Assembly: GCF_006345805.1 (NCBI RefSeq)
Contig: NC_043010.1
Location: 16,368,001 to 16,432,000, forward strand
Source: Octopus sinensis
Taxonomy: Eukaryota
Length of the DNA: 64,000 nt
Direction: 5' to 3'
Made by a program: the position numbers and the translations under genes. The notes beneath the pieces are model-generated. The model saw only the letters and a list, made by a program, of their open reading frames with translations. It made no database searches and was not told where the DNA came from. Below are positions 1 through 12,221 of this stretch, one piece after another; the stretch's first letter is position 1, and each line of letters begins with the position of its first letter.

Positions 1-2095
1 GTTGGCAGTGGCATGTGAATGATTGCTTGTACTTTGGTTGGATCTTGTTTTATCCCTTCGCTGGTTAATAGATGCCCAAGGTACTTGATTTGTGATTCAT
101 AGAAGATACACTTTGATTTATTTAACTTTAATCCGTGCTTTCGGATTCGATCGAAAACTTGTTGTAGTCTATTTGTGTGTTCTTCTAAAGTGCTGGACCA
201 GATTATGATGTCATCCTGTGAATTTCTTGCTCCTTCTATGCCCTCTATTATTTTTGCAATTCTTTTTGGAAAACTTCACTGGCGCTGTGAATTCCAAAGG
301 GTAGTCGTGTGAAGCGATACCTTCCAAAAGGTGTGTTGAACGTTAACAGATGGAGCTTTCTTCGTCAACTGGAATTTGCCAGTATCCATTAGATGCATCG
401 AGTTTTGAAAAATATTTAGGGTTATGCATTTGTGCAAAAATGTCCTCCGCTGTAGGGAGTTTGAAATGTTGCCTTTTTATGGCTTTGTTTAGATTCTTGG
501 GGTCTAAACAGAGTCGGAGTTTTCCGTTGGCTTTTTCAACGATGACTAGGGAATTTACCCAGTCTGTAGGTTCACTAACAGGTTTTATGATACCTAATTC
601 TGTCATTCTTTTTAATTCTTTGTTGAGTTTTTCTTTTATAGAAAAAGGAACCGATCTTGGTGGATGAATTACAGGAGTTATTTGTGGATCCACTGTGATA
701 TGATGTGTTATTGACAAAGTGCCGATTTCTCCGAAACAGTCTTCATATTTTTCTAATATGTCGTTTGTGTTCGACGAATTTATTTTTGAAATTCTCTGAA
801 TCGGGTTCAGATCTTTAGCTGTCTTTGCATCTATAACTGCGTGCGAGTTTGTTTTTGCAACAATGAATTTTATTTGCTTTGATAATTCTTTGTATTAATG
901 ACTGCTGTGCATTTTCCTAGCACTTTTATAGCTGTGTTATTGTAAGCTGATAATCGAGTTGAGGTTTTTGCAGTTGTGGTTTTGGAATTATATTTTTATT
1001 CTCTGAATGGCAGTACGGTTACGTCTGCTCCAGTATCAATTTTGAATGTTACATTCGAGTTGTTCACTTTTAGTTCGACCGTCCAAATGTCTTTTGAAGT
1101 CTTGAATTTTCGATTTTGTGCACGCGGGAATTATTTGCAGTGATCATTCGAGTGCATGTGTATCGTCATCTGATTCATCGTCGGTATGTATCTCTACTTT
1201 ATGTACAAATTTTCTTGATTTGCACATTTTTGCATAGTGTCCTTGTTTCTTGCATTTTTCACATGTCTTGTGAAATGCTGGGCATTTATTTCTTTTGTGA
1301 TTATAACCACAATAGTGACAGTTAGTGACGTAGTGTTGACTTGGCGCTTGAAACTTCGCGGGCTTTCTGTCACTTCCGCCTTGTTCGTTTTGATGTCTGG
1401 ATTGCATATGGGAGTTATTTGAGTTTTGGCGCCTTTTCTGTCGTGTTGACTATATACCCTCGAGATTTCGTTATCTCTTGTTTCGGATGTGGCATTTAGC
1501 ATCCTTGATTGGAGTCGTGTTTGCTCTGCACTCTGACCTGCTTGAATTGTTTTTTGTAGGTCTAAATTTGGTTCTCTCAATAATCTTTCTCTTAATCTCA
1601 TGTCTCTGATTCCACATATCAGAATATCTTTGGTGAGACTGTCTGTGAGGTTGCCGAATTCGCACTTTGTGCCTTTTGGCGCAACTCTACCACGTACTCA
1701 TCGAATTTTGATGTTCCGCTTGTCCACATGTGAAGAATTTGTGTCTCAGGAAAGTTATTTTTCCTGGGTTCACAATATGCATTGAATTTTTCGATTACTG
1801 TTGAAGGTTCATTTCTTCGTCGGGTGAATCGAAATCCAGAGTGGAATGGATGTCTCGGCCTTTGGAACCGATGCAAGTTAAAAACATTGAAGTTTTTACT
1901 TTGTCTGGCTTCATGTCACTTTCTGTTGCTATCAAAAAGAGATTGAATTCTTTTTTCCACTTTTTCCATGCTGCGGCTAGATTTTCCTGATTAAAGTCTA
2001 GGTCTTTTGGATGCGGTAAATTTTCCATTTCGTCTTTGAAGTATGATTTCAACTTCTTTTTTCTTTTGGTTTCTGTATTTTGGGTTCTTTTAGTA
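1..2095 (-). mobile_element. Decayed Ty3/Gypsy LTR retrotransposon internal region (gag, protease, RT); continues past the window start
   Basis: Minus-strand translations: gag N-terminus LAAAWKKWKKEF...FLTCIG (1795-2052); zinc knuckle CEKCKKQGHYAKMC (1144-1407); protease FKIDTGADV (~1020-1045); RT LRLCLDPKNLNKAI...FSKLDASNGYWQIP (343-717), continuing after a frameshift with TPFGRYRFTRLPFG and NSQDDII (~208-224). Several frameshifts. Confidence 0.93.
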
Positions 2096-2106
2096 TTCTG
2101 ACACCA
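2096..2106 (-). promoter_or_regulatory. Primer-binding site (tRNA-Leu-like) of the Gypsy element
   Basis: The minus strand reads TGGTGTCAGAA directly after the LTR end. This is complementary to a tRNA 3' end ...UUCUGACACCA (tRNA-Leu assignment from general knowledge). Confidence 0.75.
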
Positions 2107-2344
2107 TGTTGTTGTTATATATATATAATGTATTGAGTATTAAAGGAAGTAGTGAGTACTTAGTATGAAAGATTAAGAAAGTGAGAGAGACTGAAAAAAC
2201 GTGTTAACGATACGAGATACTTTATTAGACTGCCGTTGTTGTACAAGGTATTTGTTGTGGCGGGAAACTTACTGAATGTCTTTGTATCAAGGGAGACAAT
2301 GGGCAACGTTGATTGTTCATGTTTGTTGTGATGATTACATAACA
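2107..2344 (-). mobile_element. 5' LTR (~238 bp) of the Gypsy element
   Basis: Bounded by TGTT...AACA, adjacent to the PBS on one side and to the interrupted mariner ORF on the other. Confidence 0.8.
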
Positions 2345-2943
2345 GGCACATCTCCAAATTCATCCTCGAGCACTCGACGCGTTCTTGCTTCTGGAAAGGT
2401 GTGAGCAACCTGGGAATCCATCTGGCAGACACCTTTTGCATATGCAAATGGTCATGATTGATAGTTTCCACAGACCCGGTACTAAACTTGACCTCATGGA
2501 CTATTTGGCGAATAGTTATGCGTCGATCTTCCAAAATGGCAGCCTCAACTTGACGGACAGATGCCTCATCAATGGCAGAAGGGGACCGACCAGATCTGGG
2601 AGCTGTTTCCACAGAGATCCAACCATGTTTGAATTCACGATGCCAGCGTTTTACAAGGTCATATGATGGGGCATCATCAACATAAGTTACTTTCATTTCA
2701 TCAAAAGTCTCCCGTGGTGTGCGTCCTTTCAAATACAAAAACCGGATCACTGCTCGACACTCAACAGGCTCCATTTTACACTTGACTCAGTTCAAACACC
2801 TGTATATCAAAAACCACAATTAGTTCAGAGCTGTAATTTGCCACCTAATCTATAGAGATATAAATAATTGCACATGTAAATTTTCAGCTAGATCAAACAA
2901 CTGCAAGTGGGTCAGAGGCATTACTTATTGAACGCCCCTCGTA
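2345..2943 (-). mobile_element. Mariner (Tc1/mariner) transposon 5' part, interrupted by the Gypsy LTR
   Basis: ORF from 2774: RAVIRFLYLKG...VKRWHREFKHG...PRSGRSP...ILEDRRITIRQI...KVSARWIPRLLT (mariner HTH and WVPxxL motif). The minus-strand terminus TACGAGGGGCGTTCAATAAG ends at TA 2942-2943. Confidence 0.9.
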
Positions 2944-3623
2944 CCAAAAGTATATCTAATGCTGAAAACAGAGCCTGAAAGATTGCTTTAAGACACATGG
3001 GATATTTTATAAATATGTCTGTTTAAGTATCATAATAGCATGAAACTATTTGTAGCTCTTTCGGTTGTGTATTTAAATTGATATTCATCTCTCACTGGAT
3101 GGAGTACATTTTTCGTTGATTCTACCTCTATTGGATCTGTAAGCTATATATAGACATACATATATGTTTATATGTGTGTATGTATTTGTGTGTGCATAAA
3201 AATATATATTTGTGATTTGTGGGAAACTATGTATATGAGAGAGAGAGGAAGAAGAGAATTATAGGGGACAAGTCTAGACACACTGATGTGTGCCATCTGT
3301 CATTTTCTAATTAGAAATTAAATTAGTCACAGATTAAGCTGTATAAAACTGCAGATTGACTAAAAGTGCTACAGATAGATTTGATCCTTCACCTAGCAAA
3401 CACCCCACCACCCCCACCCACCCCATTATCCATAACGCTGAACGACTGAAATGCCAAGCAACAGATATTATCCTTCACCTGCACCAGGATTAGTTAAATC
3501 CGTGAGGACGAGAAATGTGGATCACTTCTGTATCCTATCCTGACAACATTTTATTGTCTGAATAAAATGTGTCACAGGGTCAGCTGTGGGCACACTGACA
3601 CACACTCTCTCTCTCTCCGTGTT

Positions 3624-3655
<32 letters not shown>

Positions 3656-3907
3656 AACAATTTAATAAATAAAACAAATGCATACATACATACATATATG
3701 TACATACCTACATCTATATGTATATATACATACATATATGGGTACAGGACACCACAAAAAACGTAGAACACGAGAAATGAAAACATAAAAACAAAACAAG
3801 GAAACGGACTTATTTAACAATGAAAAAACCGAGTAGAAGACATACAACACAAGGAACATTCCCCTTCTTCAGCTGCCTCTGTTTTGACTTAATGCGTGTT
3901 TCGAAGG

Positions 3908-3938
<31 letters not shown>

Positions 3939-4229
3939 AATGATATCTCTCTCTCTCCCCCTCTTTACATGTATGTACATATAAATATATGTATGTGTAT
4001 ATATAAAAAATGGGGAAGGTCAATATATGGGATTACGTTAGGTTTCCTGTCCATAAACGGTTTAGCTTTATGGCATATCGTCAGGCCTCCAAACTTGTTG
4101 GCCTATGATGACCCCTTCAAAATATGTGTGCTGCTATGCATCTATGTTTTCTACAAATGATATATATATTGAAGAGGATTTGAAAACTCTTTGACAAATG
4201 ATAAGAAAACGTTAAGAGAAGCTTTGTGT

Positions 4230-4457
4230 TTAACCCTTTAGTATTCAGATTACTCTGTTAAATGTAATATTTTTTTACTCAAATTGTTTTGAATTAATCA
4301 AGCATTATCTTATAGCTTTGGGGTTTCAATGATGTGATTGTTTATTTTTAGAATGTCAATGTAGGTTAGGTGTGAGAGGCTGGATATCGCCAGTTTGAAT
4401 ATAAAACATATAGAATATTTGGGCCGGATATGACCGGTTTAAACACTAAAGGGTTAA
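4230..4457. mobile_element. piggyBac-type MITE
   Basis: TTAA at 4230-4233 and 4454-4457, with a 9-bp TIR CCCTTTAGT...ACTAAAGGG. Confidence 0.7.
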
Positions 4458-5157
4458 ACAGTTTACATAGAAGTGTTCAAAATAGACAGTAAAATAAATT
4501 CATAATTGTTTATAAGTTTATCAGAAATCATAATTGTTTACAAGTATATATACAGAAAGGATTTGTTGACAGTATTTGACAGGAGAATGTGTGTATGGCT
4601 TTATCAAAAGTTCAAAAATCATAATTGTTTATAAGGATGACCAACCTTTTTTCTTCATCTCCGGTCTTAAACACATACACAAGTCTTTTTTAGGGCCACC
4701 TTCGGTCATGGCTGACCATGGGTATCAAATCCATCCATTTATTGTCTAGGTTGGGCCACTCGGCTTGTGCAGTGTGGTCTGTCGGTTGTCGATACTTTTC
4801 GTCGGGGTCGCTTTTCTGCAACTGCAGCTGACACACTTCTCTTCACTGATCTGTAGTTGTTTGAGAAGTGTGCTTTTCCACCTGGTGCAGTCTGCCACCA
4901 GGTCCTCCCAGATGTTGATGTCGCTGTTGAGCACCTTCATGTCCCTCCTGCACACATACAAGACTAGAGAGAGAGAAAAAGAGGTTGGTCAGCCTTCAGA
5001 ATAATGACCCTGCTCCTCACTACCAAAAAAAAAAGAAAAGAAAAAGGAAAATGTTGGTCATCCTTATAAACAATTATGATTTCTGATGAACTTATAAACA
5101 ATTATGAACTTATTTTCCTGCCTATTTTGAACACTTTTATGTAAACTGTTTAAACAC
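4457..5157. repeat. Imperfect long inverted repeat around an RTE fragment
   Basis: aaacagtttacatagaagtgttcaaaatag...cataattgtttataag (4457-4645) is mirrored by ccttataaacaattatg...ctattttgaacacttttatgtaaactgttt (5050-5157). Confidence 0.6.
4680..4960 (-). mobile_element. RTE-clade LINE 3' fragment
   Basis: Translation VCRRDMKVLNSDINIWEDLVADCTRWKSTL matches the C-terminus of RTE ORFs (CKRDMK...WE..A.DR..W). Confidence 0.7.
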
Positions 5158-5619
5158 AAAGTCCCATATTAACATTTTCTGATCATTCTAAAGACTCAAT
5201 CCCTGGATTTTAATACATCTATGTCAACTAATTTCTTACACCACAAAGGCTATACAAAGCCTTGCACTTTTGAAAATCTTTTTTTAGAACAAGTGAAACT
5301 GGTCAAGTCAATAATCATCTTTGACCTCTGCATTTTCAAATCCCATTCCCTATATATATTCACTCGTGCGACACCTTCCAATTTTACTTTGTTTTATATA
5401 TATATATATATATATTTATTGAACCAACAGTGTCTACCCTGTATGCATAGATGCTTGTTAACCAGCAAATGAAATGAAGGAGGCCAAATCTCTGAAAATT
5501 AGTGTTTTGCAAAGGATCAAATCTTTAAACCACTCCCTCCCTCAGCCTTTGGAATAATGACCCTGCTCCTCACTACCAAAAAAAAAAAAAGAAGAAAGGC
5601 ATACATCAGTATAATTTGT

Positions 5620-6636
5620 GGATCCTTACCTCTTGACCGACAGATTTAAAAAATAATTTTTTGGAACTAAACACTTTCAAACTTCGGACACTGGTAGAAT
5701 GTGTCATATAAAACATCTTTTACTCTTAGCATTTTTGAGAAAAACTTATATTTACTCTTTATTCTTTTACTTGTTTCAGTCATTTGACTGCAGCCATGCT
5801 GGAGCACCGCCTTTAGTCGAGCAAATCGACCCCAGGACTTATTCTTTGTAAGCCTAGTACTTATTCTATCGGTCACTTTTGCAGAACCGCTAAGTTACAG
5901 GGACATAAACACACCAGCATCGTTTGTCAAGCGATGTTGGGGGGACAAACACAGGCACACAAACACACACACATATACATATATACGACGGGTTTCTTTC
6001 AGTTTCCATCTACCAAATCCACTCACAAGGCTTTGGTAGGCCCGAAGCTATAGTAGAAGACACTTGCCCAAGGTGCCACACAGTGGGACTGAACCTGAGA
6101 CCATGTGGTTGGTAAGTGCAAGCTACTTACCACACAGCCACTCCTACGCCTATTACGAAGTAATTTCACATTAAAGTTGTCCTATTTCTGTAATTTCAAC
6201 CAATCAATGACGTGTATTCAGCTGAATAAAATTACTGCCGTTGTTTGTCAACAACAACTATTGGCCATGTATTTTTCGTTTGTCACTGTTATTTATGACA
6301 TTGTTCATGTGTTTGTACTGGTTTTAGCTGTAAGGTTTTAGAGTCAGGGTTAGGGTTTTAGAGTTGTCATAAATAACAGGGACAAACGAAATATACACTG
6401 CTGATAGTTCTTGTTGACAGACAACAATAGTAATTTTATTCAGCTGAATAAATGTCATTGATTGGTTGAAATTACCGAAATAGGACAACTTTAACATGAA
6501 ATAACTATAAGTTTTTCTCAAAAATGCTAAGAGTGAAAGATGTTTTATGACACATTCTACCAGTGTCCGAAGTTTGAAAGTGTTTAGTTACAAAAAAATC
6601 ATTTTTTAAAATCTGTCGGTCAAAAGGTAAAGATCC
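5620..6636. mobile_element. GGATC...GATCC MITE with ~125-bp TIRs (Merlin-like), carrying a SINE insertion
   Basis: 5620-5747 is the reverse complement of ~6508-6636. Flanking 8-mers are taatttgt and taatttct (7/8). Confidence 0.75.
5752..6150 (-). mobile_element. tRNA-derived SINE (major family)
   Basis: Reverse complement of the copy at 58390-58810: A-box-like TGGCTGTGTGG, B-box-like GGTTCAGTCCC, and an (AGAGTAAA)-type tail. Confidence 0.85.
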
Positions 6637-6725
6637 TAATTTCTACCCTAGGCACAAGGCCTGAAATTTTGGGGGAGTGGGGCCAGTCGATTAGATCAAC
6701 CCCAGTACAGAACTGGTACTTAATT
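6637..6725 (-). mobile_element. 5'-truncated SINE 3' end with a 17-bp TSD
   Basis: catacatcagtataatt occurs at 5600-5616 and 6726-6742. A related sequence lies at ~52790-52885. Confidence 0.6.
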
Positions 6726-7345
6726 CATACATCAGTATAATTGCTCACTCCCCTCCAACAATGGAGTCCCACTCTCAAGTGGAGAGGATTTTATTTTTTT
6801 GCTTTTCTTCCTGTTTCAAGTTTCGAAAGAAATATCAAAAAACAAAAACATTTTTTTAACAAGGAATTTGGATTTGTTACTAAATGTAGAAATGTTAACT
6901 TCCAAATTTTGCCTGTGCCAGGAGTCAAAATGTAAATGATGTTGTTACAGAGGGCCACAGATCAAGTCCCCACAAACAGTCTCTACAAGAGTTTCCTGTC
7001 AACCAAATCCAACTCCTGAAATTTTGGTTAACATTTCATTGAAAGCAGATGTTTGAACTTTGAACTCTATGTTACACTGTAGATAGGTTACAGCCTGTCA
7101 TCCATTCAACCATGTCTTCTTTCATAGAATCATTATACTAACGATTCATGCTTCACTTAACAAAACACTTCAAATTTGTTCCCATTCAATTTCTACCATT
7201 ATTCTTTATGTATTTGAAGTTGAAAAGCTACTCATTTTCATATTCATTTCAGCAACAAAAGATTGGCGTCTCTCCTCTAAAGGTGCCACTCAGTTTGTGT
7301 GTGAGTGTGAGAGTATGCTCATGTGTGTGTGTGTGTGTGTGTGTG

Positions 7346-7396
<51 letters not shown>

Positions 7397-10132
7397 CCAT
7401 ATATCTGTGCAAGTGTGTGGCACTCCATTGGTCACAACATTTTCCAGTTGGTCTGATCAACAGAACAGTCTGCTTGTGGAATTAATGTGAAAGTGGCTGA
7501 GTACACCACAAACATGCATACATTCAATGTAATTCTCTGGAAGATTCAGCAATGATATAGAATGTGACAAAGCAGCTGGACCTTTGAATTACGGGCACAT
7601 CTCACTTTTGCCAGATGAGTGGATCGGGGTGGGGGGTGGGGGCAATGTGAAATAAAGTGCCTTGCTTAAAGATACACTGCTGGGAAATACAGTGGTGACC
7701 TTACAATTGTGATCCACTATGTGCCTCCTCCTCCTCCTCTGTGTCTGCATATGTGCACCTCTGTGTGTGTGTGTGTGTGTTTATTATCATGGACATGTTC
7801 AATACCTTACTTGAAATATTGGTATCCACTCTGGCTGAAACTCTACACATTTCTGTTGTTGTTGTTCAACTCAAGGTCAGCTCAGGTCAAGCAGTTCTAT
7901 GACTCACAGCCAATCAACTGAACAGGTGGCACACAGATCCCTCTTCCCAGTGTCTCACCCTAGATGACAACTGCAATGTACACACACACACACACACACA
8001 TCCACATTCCTCTACACTTCAGTCCTCCTTGTTTTCACTGACATCTTAGAATCACCTTCGATTTTTCTCTCTCTTCCATCTATCATTCTCTGTTTTCAAC
8101 TCATTCTTCATTCTTCAGTTTCCCACTCCCTACCTTGTCCTACTTCTTCCTCCTTTCCTGTCCACTCTCTTTGATGGTTTTCGCGAGAGTGGCCACTAAT
8201 TTAAAGTATGAAAGTGTCCATGAAAAAGTCCACTAAACGTGCTTTTGAGAAACATGTGTAAATGAATATCAGAAGGCAGCTTTTAAACAAAACATTGTAA
8301 TTTCATTAAAATTGGAACAAGAGTTAATAAATAGCAAGATTTGTAGCCTGTCTATGCATGTGAGTCAGGTTAAGCATTATAACTTACTTTTGAACAAAAT
8401 GATTCTGTTGGAAGCTGTTATAAGCTAATAGGGATGAAGCTAGCATAAGCGAAAACATACAGTTCATTATGAGGCAGAGTTGTGGCTGTGAACTCGGCTG
8501 TTCCAGAGGTAACAAGACAAGAGCTGATATAATTCCAAACTGGCTGCAGGAAGTTGGTGAAAAAGCAAAAACTGTTTCACATGGAAAAAAGAACTGTTGC
8601 TGCTGTGCCATCTTTTCCCCAACTGCTTAAAACCTCCCACTTCTCTGCTTGGGCAGAGAACTGCCTTTGGTATTCCTATGTGTCCAGCCCTGATTGGCTG
8701 GAGTATGCCACAGCACAACTGTGCTATGCTGTGGCAACACAAATAGCTTTCCTGACTCGCTACAATGGTCACTCTAGAGCAGTGCACCACAACCGGTATG
8801 CCAACACTGATGTTCCACAAGACAATGCTAGGTGTGCCACAGTGTAACCTGAGTATAATTTTTTCCCCTATACTTATATAGTTAGTTCAGGTGTGCTGCT
8901 GAATTTTGAAAAGAATATCCAAGTGTACTGCAAGTAGAAAAAGATTGCAGAGCACTGCTCTACAGCCAAAACCCTGTGCCCAACTGTCTCCTTAAGTCCA
9001 GACAATAAGGCTCTCCTTTTCCTTAATGGCATGTCAATTTTAGAGAATTTTGGAACCTTGAGATTCTCTCCATTTTGCAAGCAGCATTGGTCTTCATTGC
9101 CATTTTGTAATTATGATACAGCCCCAGGAGGAAAAGGCAGTTTTAATAAATCGAACAATTTTTTTTTTCTACATTTTCTATAGTTTTGTGTTTGTATAAA
9201 CCTGTGACTCCTGTGTTGTCTGCTCATTGCTTCTGTAGAATGTTTTCTTCTACATTCATCTCCTTTCAGAAGTCTGGAATGTGCTGCCAATATTTTAGAA
9301 AATCTGAGGGTTTTTTAATGCAGATTGTTGAATGTGTGTTTCTTTGCTGCAATGCTTCACTCATTTCTGTTTTAAAATGCGATTTTAATATTTGTATAAA
9401 AACATTTGAATTGTTGATGGTGGAACATAACAGTTTTGGCGTGTTATTTAGTGTAAGCATGGAGGGGAAACATTTTTTTGAAAATTACTGCTGCTCAAAA
9501 AGAACCACCACCCACCACCCACCACCACCACCACTGCCATTCCTATTCTTATGACTTAGCTATTTTTCTACTTTATCACGTATGTGAGAATCAAACATAT
9601 TTGTACTGAAACAGACTGGTTATAAATGCTTTTATAGCAATCTATAGACACACACATATATATCTATATATATATATACTCACACATACGCAGCCATATT
9701 TTCATTCTCATTTGAACGTTATAGAAAATAAAAGCTACCTCAATACAAAACTCGAATTAGCAAAACAAGTTTTCCAAAGTCATTGGTTTGACAATTAGTA
9801 AAGAGACAGACTATGTAACATTGGGGCCGAGGGAAAAAAAACAACATCAAAGCAATTGTTCTCTATATTGAATATATATCATGTATGATGTTGCACGTGT
9901 GACATAGAGGGAAATGTAGATTTAGTCTGCCAGTAGAAGTGTTTCAAATCTAAAAACAACAGCTAAGAGAGCTAAACCTTGAAATCTTTACACAGATCAG
10001 GGTGGATCTGGTCTTTGAAACTGATCCCTGAACACAATAAACATGTTTCAGCACTTTTCTACAACTCCTCAGTGAAAAATGTAAGCAAAAAGTAGTTTAT
10101 CTATCTGTCTGTCAGTCTACCTATCTATCTAG

Positions 10133-10191
<59 letters not shown>

Positions 10192-10550
10192 TATATATAT
10201 AAAATACAAACTGGGACAAGAACGCAAAATATTTAGAAGACGATACAAAAAACACAGACGGGACATTCGAAGCCTTCAATCTTCAGTCAAGAACCGGATC
10301 ATCCTCGCAATTTCGGCTGATTAATCTTGAGATTGCTCAAATCTGGCCAGCCCCAACGAAAAACTAAGCTACGAGCATTAGATTCCTTGGAAGAAAGCTT
10401 TGAATGTATATGAAAACAAGGACAGAAAAACGGAGGATGTTACACAAATATGAATACAAAAATAATACATAAAAACAACAATAATAATAATAACAATAAC
10501 AGGACATCACAAACAGGCGTCTTTCGACTGGATGAATACATGTTATATCT

Positions 10551-10582
<32 letters not shown>

Positions 10583-10655
10583 TGTGTGTGTGTGTGTGAA
10601 TGAATACATATTATATCTATATATACATATATATACTATAATATATATAAATTAG

Positions 10656-12059
10656 AGAAAAACCACTATTATGCAATTCAAACAATGATAGACATAAACA
10701 AATCATAAATAAAAAAATAAATAATTTTTAAAACATATAACTAGATCACAAAAAGTACAAAAATGAATAAACAATATATAATAAGTAATAGACTACGTAC
10801 GTTCATGGCTATAATTTAAATTCGAATTGCAATTAAATTTAATCGAAAAACAATTCAATTTAAAATTATAGTCACTCGATAAAATGTACATTTCCATCAG
10901 TTTGTTCTATTTCTTTAAGCCACATCTTCACACGCTAAGTAAGACGTTTTTTAGTTCATAATATATCTTTGGAGAGATAAGTATACAATTTTATTTAAGA
11001 AATAATAATGTAATCTATATAAGTATTGATTGATAAATATGAATTACTAATTTTTTTTATTTGTTAATGATAATTTAGATACGTACATTTATTTAATTAT
11101 TATTATTTTATAATTATTATATCTGAACTTAAATTGTAAAATATTAGTTTGTTACTTTGTGATTTAGATTATAAATTTTTTTTTAGTATAAGTAAAGGTT
11201 TTTATTATATTTTTAGTACTATTAAATTTAATAATAATAATAATAAGTACTTCTTTCACAAATAATTTTATAAACGATAAGTAATACGTTTTTAGTTTTG
11301 GAATTTTTTATTTTTTATTTCATAAATATTTTCGGAATGATATCTATAATATTTATTGAAGTAATAATGGAGTAATTTATTTATTTATTTATATGTTTAT
11401 TGATTGAAAAAATATGGATTTCTAATTGCTATATTTGTTGACTATAATTTAGATACGTACTTTTATAATTTTATTTTTTTATAATTGGTAAATGTGAACT
11501 AAAATCTAAAGATATTAAGTGTGATTGCTTTGTAAAATAGTTTGTGAATTAAAATATTAGAGTATAGCTAGTGAAAAGATATTCTATAGTTTATTAATAT
11601 TTTTTCTTAAAGCTAAATTATATCTTCACAGATAAATACATTTTTCTATCTATTTACTATATTTTTTTACCTCAAATATTTAACATGATAAGTGTTTTAT
11701 AGGCACCTGGTCCTAATGTTTTAAGTTTCAAATTTAGTTAATGGAGTTTCCTCTATAAGAACAATCATGATTTTATTTCTTTAAGAAATATTGTTTTGTT
11801 CTATTTGATTATTTATTTAACTATTATTGTTATTATTGTTGACCTGACGAGTGACTATAATTTTAAATTGAATTGTTTTTCGATTAAATTTAATTGTAAT
11901 TCGAATATAAATTATAGCCATCAAACGTACAGTCTTTTTACTTATTATATATTGTTTATTCATTTTTGTACATTTTGTAATCTAGTTATATGTTTTAAAA
12001 TATATTATGATTTGGTTTATGTCTATTATTGTTTGAATTGCATAATAGTGGTTTTTTCT
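10656..12059. mobile_element. Inverted-arm element (Penelope-like terminal repeats) enclosing ~970 bp of extremely AT-rich DNA
   Basis: 10656-10878 is the reverse complement of 11848-12059. The right arm begins inside a hammerhead-like motif (CTGACGA at 11844-11850). Confidence 0.6.
11841..11934 (+). ncRNA. Degenerate type I hammerhead-ribozyme-like motif with a long stem II
   Basis: GAC-CTGACGA-[GTGACTATAATTT...AAATTATAGCCAT]-CAAAC-GTAC-AGTC. The left-arm copy read on the minus strand gives GAAC-GTAC-GTA-GTC. Each copy has core lesions. Confidence 0.45.
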
Positions 12060-12169
12060 TATTTATTATGTATTATATATATATATTGTGAAATTTGATT
12101 TAATATCAAATTGAATTTTTCTCTGTAAGTTTGGAGTTATACTCCCTAATATTATTATTATCATATATA

Positions 12170-12219
<50 letters not shown>

Positions 12220-12221
<2 letters not shown>

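Noticed and set aside
3700-3910. GAAAC...CTGAAGA segments on the minus strand resembling a hammerhead
   Set aside because: Stems I-III could not be drawn consistently.
8384-9080. Cluster of 70-117-aa ORFs in non-repetitive, GC-richer DNA
   Set aside because: No domain, splice pattern or TE motif is recognisable in any of the six frames; possibly an old TE or UTR.
10200-10540. CTGAAGA...CGAAT motif and GCAATC/GAAATTGC complementarity on the minus strand
   Set aside because: No standard hammerhead topology fits; left unresolved.
10880-11847. Mitochondrial insertion (NUMT) as the source of the AT-rich block
   Set aside because: I could not recognise any mitochondrial protein, rRNA or tRNA motif. 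Only a BLAST against the mitogenome would exclude it fully.
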